Shown here: one piece after another, positions 57,097 to 64,000 of the stretch
Layout: every line of letters starts with the position of its first letter
Numbering within the stretch: position 1 is the first letter of the stretch
Virus record (IMG/VR): IMGVR_UViG_3300046507_000773
Span: 124,001 to 188,000 of that record
Length of the DNA: 64,000 nucleotides
Direction: 5' to 3' (one strand)
Program-made: the position numbers and the translations under genes
Notes under the pieces: model-generated
Database searches by the model: none
The model's input: the letters and a program-made list of their open reading frames with translations, nothing else
What the model was told of the DNA's origin: nothing

Positions 57097-57549
57097 TCAA
57101 TAGTTGTTGCCAGGCTCCAGAACAATCACTTCCATCTCCGTCTCACCCAGATACTCGGTAATGAGAGGACGCACCTCATCCCATTCCAATCCACCTTTGC
57201 CGCAACCAATGGCAGGGATCGCGATGCTTGTAAGGTCATGCTCCTTGTATGTCTCGGCTAATTTCTTCAGTCCCTCTTTAATCCACTTTAGTTGTGAATC
57301 ATGTCCCCAGTAACGCTTTGTGGGAAAGCAGACTATCTTTGTGCCGTACTTTTCCGTAAAGACAAAGTACCCGTCCTTTTCAAAGACACCCGTGTTACAT
57401 GCTTTTTTGTAGGCATCGTATAGACCACCATAGCGATTACGAAACGCAGCAGCCAGGCCATTCCCCATGACGCCGACTGTGTTGACCGGACACACCAAAG
57501 CTTTGGCTTTCGAGAAGAAGATATTCTCGTCTTGATGAAAAGTGATCAT
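57097..57549 (-). CDS. Stand-alone DarG-like macrodomain (ADP-ribosyl hydrolase)
   Basis: ALVCPVNTVGVMGNGLAAAF, FPTKRYW and IAIPAIGCGKGGLEW match the DarG-type macrodomain. Confidence 0.88.
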   Translation of the reverse strand: MITFHQDENIFFSKAKALVCPVNTVGVMGNGLAAAFRNRYGGLYDAYKKACNTGVFEKDGYFVFTEKYGTKIVCFPTKRYWGHDSQLKWIKEGLKKLAETYKEHDLTSIAIPAIGCGKGGLEWDEVRPLITEYLGETEMEVIVLEPGNNY

Positions 57550-57650
57550 AATCCTTCTCTTGTAAGTTCAACTACAAGATGAGGTTCTCCAATATAAACC
57601 ACATAGGAGGCGTAGAACTCCAGGGGGAAAACAACTACCGGGAAACTATC

Positions 57651-58163
57651 ATGGCAATCATCCGACCGACTCGGAAAAACTCAGGAGTGGAAACACTCAT
57701 CAAGATCTTAGCACTACTTACTGATGACATTACGCTCTTTAATGGGCAGATCCTAATGTCGCAGTTTAGCATCGGCTTACTCCAAGCCACCAAGATGAGC
57801 CTTTTCATCGACCCAAGTCCTTTTGCGTACATCGGCCCGAGAAACGTGTGGCTCCAGGACTACAAAGATGGTGTCAGCGTGTATTACGCGAATGAAATAG
57901 AAGCCTGTGAGTTTCTAGGACGACTTGAGCTTAAAATCAGTTTGGAAGAAAGCTTTCCAGAAAAGAATCGCCAGCATTACCGATTGGACGATTTAGATAC
58001 CGCAGCAGAACACATCCGTAACTATCTTCTCATCGGGCTCTACCCAGGGCACAAGATTGAACCACCGACCAATGAGTGGCTCAACAAGTTTATTAAAGCA
58101 CGAGAGTGGGATGTACTGGCCACCTTTGAACCCTCCGACATCGCGCTACTTAAACCAAGATAA
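57651..58163 (+). CDS. Hypothetical protein, AT-richer than its neighbours
   Basis: ORF divergent from the macrodomain gene; the start is uncertain (57579 or 57651). Confidence 0.6.
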   Translation: MAIIRPTRKNSGVETLIKILALLTDDITLFNGQILMSQFSIGLLQATKMSLFIDPSPFAYIGPRNVWLQDYKDGVSVYYANEIEACEFLGRLELKISLEESFPEKNRQHYRLDDLDTAAEHIRNYLLIGLYPGHKIEPPTNEWLNKFIKAREWDVLATFEPSDIALLKPR

Positions 58164-58204
58164 CGGCATACGGCCCCACCCTTTGGGGTGGGGCTTTATG
58201 ACCG
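58164..58204. terminator. Bidirectional hairpin with CGGCATA / TTTATGACCG arms
   Basis: GCCCCACCC-loop-GGGGTGGGGC between convergent genes. Confidence 0.75.
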
Positions 58205-58205
58205 A

Positions 58206-58601
58206 TTACTTACCACTGTTCTTTCTTTTTTCTTCCTCGAGGCGATCCAGCTCTTTCTGCCGTGCTTCGACTTCTTCCTTCAAGAGCTGCAAGCAGCTTT
58301 GAATGTACATCTCACCCACGTACCTAGGCATGTCGAGGAACCGATCAAACGTGATACCCGTGTACTTGAGTACTTGGGCAGCGTGATAGGCCTTCATGCG
58401 TTCGGGTGTGGGATCGAATAGGTCGATGTTCTCAGCAGGGCGATGGCGAATCAGTGACATGTCATCAGTCTGCCGCGCGTGATCATGGATGCCGTACGTT
58501 GTTTCGTACGCGTCACGCATCAGAAGCTGAGTTTCCACAGAACTAATTACTGGTGCCACCTTAAGCAAGGCTTTGATGGCGCTCTCTGACGAGACCATCA
58601 A
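58206..58601 (-). CDS. Conserved small protein (131 aa)
   Basis: GITFDRFLDMP motif and a charged tail; follows 58631..60190. Confidence 0.65.
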   Translation of the reverse strand: MMVSSESAIKALLKVAPVISSVETQLLMRDAYETTYGIHDHARQTDDMSLIRHRPAENIDLFDPTPERMKAYHAAQVLKYTGITFDRFLDMPRYVGEMYIQSCLQLLKEEVEARQKELDRLEEEKRKNSGK

Positions 58602-58630
58602 GCCAAAGCTGGACGAAGGAACCAGCTCTT

Positions 58631-60190
58631 TTAGCGGTTCCTGATCTGCTCGACCCTCTGCACGAGCAGGATGAAAAAAGTGTGGAACACGTCAATCGGC
58701 AGCAGGTGCGGATAGTTCGGGTTCATCACTTTCTCATCCACTGGCTCACCCGGCTCAACAGGCACTGCCACCAGGCAGACGGTCACGTCGTTGATGTACT
58801 TCTTCACCTCACGGAAGTACACCTCGCTTGCCTCGTTATCGGCACTCATGTCGTCGAGCAGTGCGTCGATGACGTCCTGATCTTCGCCCGTAGTGTAGAT
58901 GACGCCGTTGACGTGGACAGCCTTGATCCAGTGGCCGAATTGGCGCATGTCGCTGGCTTTGCCGTGCTGGTTGATGAAGTCGTTGCGGGCATCGTCCGTC
59001 GGCGGCAGTGCAAATGCTTTGTCGACCATCGTGACGATGTTGTTGATCCAGCGCTGACCCGAGTTGAGGTACTCGTTGACAGTCGGGACCTTCAGCTCGA
59101 TCGAAACGTTCTCGTTCAGGGGCACCATGCGCGGCTGACCGCGGGTGAACTCCTTGCGATACTTTTCCAGATCGTCGTCGGTGACGTTCATGCCGTAGCG
59201 CTGCGACAGGTGTGCGCGTTGCCATGGAGTGAACGCACGGTTGTCGAACCACTGCATCTTCGGGATCGACACGACACCATTGCGAGTCGGCGTTTGCGTG
59301 GCTGCATTGCTCAGCAGTGCGCGGCTATAGTTAAAGCCGTTCGGCCAGATTGCAGCGGCGCCGCCCAGAATGAACGATGGCAGATCGGTGATCAGCATCT
59401 TGTCGCCCAGGTTCTCGATACCGGATTTCAGCGTCGAGTCGTAGACCATGTTGGTCACGAACTGCGAGATACTGCCGGCGAAGAACGAGTTCATGTTCGA
59501 GAACGCCACACCGGTGGTTTCACGGCCCATCTGGATTTTGTCTTCAGCCAGGTGACGCATGAGGTCGATGTAGTTGGCGTCGGAGCCAGCACGAACCGAA
59601 ACCCAGAAGCCGCTATGGGGCAGCATCACTTGGCGCGGCGTGCCACGACCCATCAGGGCGCGCACTTGCAGAACAGCACGTTCGCCGGTCAGCTTTTCGC
59701 CTTCCTTGGCACCGATCTTGACAGCGCCCATGCCGAGCTTGGCGCCTTCGTGGTCGATGAACTGTTTCCATTCGGCGTCAGCACGGGAAGCAGCGTCACC
59801 CAGTGCGTCTCCGTCGTACAGGTTGTTCAGGGACAGCTGGAGAACGTTCAGCCAACGAGCAGCCCGCGGGTCCTTTTCCAGGTCCAGCTTCGGGATCTGT
59901 TCGATGACTTCCTGGATACGCTCTTGCGTTTCCGGCGGCAGTGCCACGACAGGCAGCTTCTGGTTCAGATCCTTGAAAGGCTTTTCTTCCATCGGATTCG
60001 TGTCCATCACAGCGTTGTCGGGCTGTTCACGCGGCGTGAGCTTGATGTGCGTTTGTTCGACGGCGACGACGTCTTCTTGCGTGGCGGGAGCCGCAGCCGG
60101 AGCAGGAGTTGCATCCGGTTGTGCGGTCATATCGGGCGCAGCTTGTGCGCCCGACTCCACCACAGGGTCTTTTTGATCCTGGGTATCCAT
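58631..60190 (-). CDS. Conserved core protein (phiKZ gp77-like position)
   Basis: 519 aa, acidic disordered N-terminus, LPHSGFWV motif; synteny after the helicase. Confidence 0.65.
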   Translation of the reverse strand: MDTQDQKDPVVESGAQAAPDMTAQPDATPAPAAAPATQEDVVAVEQTHIKLTPREQPDNAVMDTNPMEEKPFKDLNQKLPVVALPPETQERIQEVIEQIPKLDLEKDPRAARWLNVLQLSLNNLYDGDALGDAASRADAEWKQFIDHEGAKLGMGAVKIGAKEGEKLTGERAVLQVRALMGRGTPRQVMLPHSGFWVSVRAGSDANYIDLMRHLAEDKIQMGRETTGVAFSNMNSFFAGSISQFVTNMVYDSTLKSGIENLGDKMLITDLPSFILGGAAAIWPNGFNYSRALLSNAATQTPTRNGVVSIPKMQWFDNRAFTPWQRAHLSQRYGMNVTDDDLEKYRKEFTRGQPRMVPLNENVSIELKVPTVNEYLNSGQRWINNIVTMVDKAFALPPTDDARNDFINQHGKASDMRQFGHWIKAVHVNGVIYTTGEDQDVIDALLDDMSADNEASEVYFREVKKYINDVTVCLVAVPVEPGEPVDEKVMNPNYPHLLPIDVFHTFFILLVQRVEQIRNR

Positions 60191-60208
60191 GGTTTCTTTC
60201 TTCAGGTA

Positions 60209-60823
60209 TTAAGCAGCAACCGGCTCTTCGATGACGCGCACCTTGGTACCCAGCGGTACCGGGTTGCCGTACTTGTCTTCTTGCACGGTGGCGCCGTTGT
60301 ACTGCTTGACGTAGACTTCGATCGGGTTCTCGTCGGTGGCAGCTGCGTAGCTGGCCAGGACTTGACGGGTGTGGGCTTGCTGACGTGCCTCGGCGTCCGA
60401 CAGGTACTGGATGATGTCCGCTTTGGTCGGCAGGATGAAGGCGTCGTATTCCGACTGCCAGGCGACGTACTTCTCGACCAGGCCGTAGGTCTTGAAGACT
60501 TCGTCGTAGTCGGCTTCACGGCCGGTGCGACCGGCGTGTTCTGCGCGGATCGGCTTGATCGATTCCAGCATGCGCAGCAGGTCGGTCTGCAGCAGGCGCA
60601 CTTTCATTTCCAGGTCGCCACGCTCTTCCTGGGACAGGAACGCGATCAGCTTGTGGTTCTTCAGGGCGTCCTTGAATTCCAGCGGGATCACCAGGCTTGT
60701 CAGGCAGGCGGCCGAAATCTTCTCGACTTCATCCCAGCCTTTACGGCCTTCGTCTTTGAGGTTTTGGGCCTGTTGTGCAGCTTGCTGGTCGCGGAATTTG
60801 CGAGCGTCGCTCTTCTTGGTCAT
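60209..60823 (-). CDS. Hypothetical helical protein (about 204 aa)
   Basis: GGAG RBS before ATG 60823; strong codon bias. Confidence 0.75.
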   Translation of the reverse strand: MTKKSDARKFRDQQAAQQAQNLKDEGRKGWDEVEKISAACLTSLVIPLEFKDALKNHKLIAFLSQEERGDLEMKVRLLQTDLLRMLESIKPIRAEHAGRTGREADYDEVFKTYGLVEKYVAWQSEYDAFILPTKADIIQYLSDAEARQQAHTRQVLASYAAATDENPIEVYVKQYNGATVQEDKYGNPVPLGTKVRVIEEPVAA

Positions 60824-60982
60824 GGTACATTTACTCCAGTGTGAACTATTATAGAAAGAGGGTGATGCCAAATCTTCTGACGATAGGAGAGCCAGTTGAG
60901 AAACTGTGGCATTTCCGAGAAGTAACGTCAAGGCTATTAAATTTGACGTAACAGTATTTTTTAACTTTTACCTGGAGCACGC

Positions 60983-61813
60983 ATGCTCGACATTTTGGAT
61001 AGTTACCTGGGATCGGCAACTACCCCTGAACTTCACAACATCCTTCGTGAAGCCCATGACTACTTGGAACAAGTCGGGCGTGATGACATCGGCAGTTATT
61101 TCGAGGAACTCCTCATGACTGACGGTGACCGCGATGACGGTGGTACTTTGCAGGCAATCGTTCAGGGGACGCAAGCGATTCTGCATCAGGTCTTACAACA
61201 ACACGGCGTGACCTTGTCTGCTGATACGCCACTTGAAACCTTGACCAATACGCTCAAGGTACTTGTCGCTATCCCCACATATGGTAATACGGGTGAAGTA
61301 CTCGGTATTATCTTGGCTGAACATTCGCCAGGCGTTACGTTTGCAGAAATCGCAGGCATCGTGGGTCACATCGAAGTCGAAACTTACCTCACCTACGTGA
61401 CGGAAATCAGCTCGGCTTTGATCATGCGAATCAAAGAACTCGTTTCGGTGCAAGAAGAAGAAGTGATTACCGAAGAAGAACTCCTGGTTCGTCGACAGCA
61501 CGTTGAGAAGCTGCGGTTCTACTGCACCTTCATCCAGCGCGAACAACTCGAAATCGCCAAGATGATCAAAGACGGCATGCCGGTTGGCTACCCGTTCAAG
61601 GTCTACGCTGATGCGATTGGTCGTCGCTTTGAGACCTTCCCTATTGATAAGATCGCCTACGAGATGTACGGCATGGCTCTCGTTTCGGTCGATGGCACGA
61701 ATAACCCCCGTGCCATTATTAATAGCAACATCAACCAATACATCGCTGACTTGAACGTCATCACGAAAGTGGACGTACTGGTAAGCGACCTTCTTTTGAA
61801 GCTCCATAAATGA
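60983..61813 (+). CDS. Conserved virion protein (gp79-like position)
   Basis: GGAG RBS; overlaps the vRNAP gene start. Confidence 0.65.
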   Translation: MLDILDSYLGSATTPELHNILREAHDYLEQVGRDDIGSYFEELLMTDGDRDDGGTLQAIVQGTQAILHQVLQQHGVTLSADTPLETLTNTLKVLVAIPTYGNTGEVLGIILAEHSPGVTFAEIAGIVGHIEVETYLTYVTEISSALIMRIKELVSVQEEEVITEEELLVRRQHVEKLRFYCTFIQREQLEIAKMIKDGMPVGYPFKVYADAIGRRFETFPIDKIAYEMYGMALVSVDGTNNPRAIINSNINQYIADLNVITKVDVLVSDLLLKLHK

Positions 61814-63114
61814 AACGTCGCGAATACTTACTCGCAGCGCTAAAGGCAGGAGAGTACCGCCGTCGTGCATGGCTTTACTCCACCTTCGCGCTGATCCAGG
61901 AAGCTCCGGACGCATGGAAGAAAGAACCCTACGCTTACCGCGTGGTGCAAACCCCGACGGGGTACTTCTTCGTCGATCCGGAAAACAACAACGAGCTTAC
62001 TCAAATCGACGATGCGACGATTGGGCAACCTCTCTTCGCAGTGACGGAACACATCGATCTCAAAGCTGGTGACGTTCCAAACCTCACCAAGGATCTGGCG
62101 CCACGCGTTGGCAACCTTCTGTTTAATTACATCGTGGTTGTCTACGGCCTCAATTCCAAACTTCCTTTCCTGGAAGGCAAAGTCACTGCCGGTAAGATCG
62201 AGGACATGATCTTGGCAAAGCTCAAGGACACTCCCGAGAATGAAGCTGACCGTAAGGATAGCGAAATCTACGTGGACGACTACTTGCGCTTTGCTGACGC
62301 CATGTTCTTCCTTACCTGCCTGTCGCAAATTTGCGTGCCAGCAGCGACGCCCAAATCCATGGTGCCGGCCCCTGGCATTTACGAGTACCGCGATAAGCTC
62401 ATTGCCGAGCAACCTGACCGGCACAACGATCCTGCCTTCGTGGCAGAAGTCGATGCAAAACTTGTGGCTTACGATCGCGAATACCTCAAGGGTGATCGCT
62501 CGTCAGACTTCTACATTAGTGGCAAGTCGTTTGACATCGTGCGTAAAAAGCGTTTCGGTGTCATTGGTGCAGAAAAGGGCATCGAAGAAAACGTGAGCGT
62601 GAAGCTTATTCCGAAATCGCTCGAAGAAGGCTGGGACATCAAGCACTTCCCGGCGATGAACGATTCGCTCCGTACGGGTTCTTACAACCGTGGTGCACAG
62701 ACGGTTCTGGGTGGTGAATCCGTGAAGTGGCTTTTGCGAGCTTCTTCGAACATCTACATCCGGGAAGACGACTGCGCTTCGGAAGTGGGCATCACTCGTC
62801 CTGTAACGATGGACAACTACAAGCTGCTCATCGGCTACTACGGCATCATCGGTGGTAAGACGGTGTTGTTGGACGAAGAAAAGATTCGTCCCTTCATCGG
62901 GAAATACATGGTGTTGCGTTCGCCGCAATACTGCCACACCGAAGGCACCGGCTATTGCAAAACCTGCTGTGGCCCGATGCTCTCCAGTAATCCGACGGGC
63001 CTTTCGATGGCAGTGTCGGACTATGGTAATGCGTTCTTGTACATGTACATGTCTGCAGCGCACGCCAAAGCTACGAAACTGGCAGCGGTAGATATCGAAA
63101 CAGCCTTTACCTAA
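61810..63114 (+). CDS. Virion RNA polymerase beta' C-terminal subunit (phiKZ gp80-like)
   Basis: GSYNRGAQT, EDDC and LRSPQYC...YCKTCCG Zn-binding motif of beta'. Confidence 0.88.
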   Translation: MKRREYLLAALKAGEYRRRAWLYSTFALIQEAPDAWKKEPYAYRVVQTPTGYFFVDPENNNELTQIDDATIGQPLFAVTEHIDLKAGDVPNLTKDLAPRVGNLLFNYIVVVYGLNSKLPFLEGKVTAGKIEDMILAKLKDTPENEADRKDSEIYVDDYLRFADAMFFLTCLSQICVPAATPKSMVPAPGIYEYRDKLIAEQPDRHNDPAFVAEVDAKLVAYDREYLKGDRSSDFYISGKSFDIVRKKRFGVIGAEKGIEENVSVKLIPKSLEEGWDIKHFPAMNDSLRTGSYNRGAQTVLGGESVKWLLRASSNIYIREDDCASEVGITRPVTMDNYKLLIGYYGIIGGKTVLLDEEKIRPFIGKYMVLRSPQYCHTEGTGYCKTCCGPMLSSNPTGLSMAVSDYGNAFLYMYMSAAHAKATKLAAVDIETAFT

Positions 63115-63178
63115 TAATCTGACTACGGCACTTTTGTAGACTAGATTTCTATTTATCACCTTTTAAGGAGAGCCACGC

Positions 63179-64000
63179 ATGGCCACCGAAGATCAGAAAC
63201 AGCAGGAACAAGAACAAGGAGCCCAGCAAAATGACGCCACGCAACAACAAGGCGACGGCACTGCTGCTGGCAGCGACGCTGCTACCGCTGCCGCTAGCAA
63301 AGGCACCGACGCTACCGGAACCGATACTGGCGCCACCGGAACTGCTGCTGGCGCAGATGCTGCCGGCACCGCTACCGGTTCGGCCACCGATTCGTCGGCA
63401 AGTGGCGACAACGCCGCTGATCAGCAGCCTGCTCAAGCACCGGCTCCTCAAGAGCCCGCGGCTGCACCTGTCGTACCTGCGCCCGCCCCTGCCCCAGCTG
63501 TGAAGTCGGCGCCGGCACCGAAGGCAGCTCCTGCACCGGCTCCTGTCGTCGCAGCTCCGACCACCGTGGCAGATGCCATCAACGCAGCTGCACCGGGTAA
63601 CAGCCCTGTCCCGTTCTACGAAACGCCCGGCCTGTCGCGCAACGGCTCGAACTGGCTGCGTCGCCTGAACGAGTACATGGAAGCCATGCGTGCCGGCCTG
63701 CCGGTCGACGTCGAAGAAGGCAAGGCATGGCAGAAGGTCCTGTACCGCACCCTGATGAACGTCATCCACAACTCGGACGACGCCGAATTCAGCGTGCTGC
63801 TCAAGATCATTCTGGACCAGTTCGTCGTGCACAAGGACGGCGTCTTCCACCCGAGCCACTCGATGCGCTTCGCTGAGCACATCGAACTGAACGAAGCAGA
63901 ACGCGCAACGTTCTTCAACCTGGTGGACCTGCTGACGATCTCGGCCGACGCCAAAGGTCGCGAACTGCGCCTGCGCCAGGTCGATCTGAACAAGAGCCTG
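63179..64000 (+). CDS. Conserved protein with a long Ala/Thr/Gly/Pro-rich N-terminal region; 3'-truncated
   Basis: AAGGAG RBS, ATG 63179, frame open to the window end (absent from the ORF track). MATEDQKQQ...APAPAPA...LNEYMEAMRAGLP... Confidence 0.85.
   Translation, partial: MATEDQKQQEQEQGAQQNDATQQQGDGTAAGSDAATAAASKGTDATGTDTGATGTAAGADAAGTATGSATDSSASGDNAADQQPAQAPAPQEPAAAPVVPAPAPAPAVKSAPAPKAAPAPAPVVAAPTTVADAINAAAPGNSPVPFYETPGLSRNGSNWLRRLNEYMEAMRAGLPVDVEEGKAWQKVLYRTLMNVIHNSDDAEFSVLLKIILDQFVVHKDGVFHPSHSMRFAEHIELNEAERATFFNLVDLLTISADAKGRELRLRQVDLNKSL

Overview
This window is the conserved core of a nucleus-forming jumbo phage (phiKZ-like, Chimalliviridae). The strongly C/G-ending codons suggest a GC-rich proteobacterial host (inference). 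From left to right it holds: (1) an accessory early cluster with a C-terminally extended DHFR; (2) tail tube and sheath genes, divergent from three virion genes and the terminase large subunit; (3) accessory genes, the PhuZ tubulin and a tandem array of about seven diverged paralogs; (4) the family-B-like DNA polymerase and an Acb4-like (Phage_gp49_66) nucleotide-sponge gene; (5) the phage-nucleus block, with chimallin (ChmA), four non-virion RNAP subunits, an SbcD-like nuclease, ChmC, PicA/Imp1 and a gp70-like protein; (6) an SF2 helicase, a DarG-like macrodomain and a virion RNAP beta' subunit. phiKZ gene numbers are assigned from recalled synteny plus motifs, not from a database search. I found no tRNA, rRNA, CRISPR array, intron, intein or integrase. 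The most striking unexplained signals are: nucleoporin-like FG-repeat tails on chimallin and on the protein encoded next to the importer PicA; an SSB-type DDDIPF tip on ChmC; a TATGCCG motif attached to at least 15 gene-end hairpins; four structured non-coding segments, one a tandem duplication whose stems differ in sequence but keep pairing; and non-AUG starts on two nvRNAP subunits.
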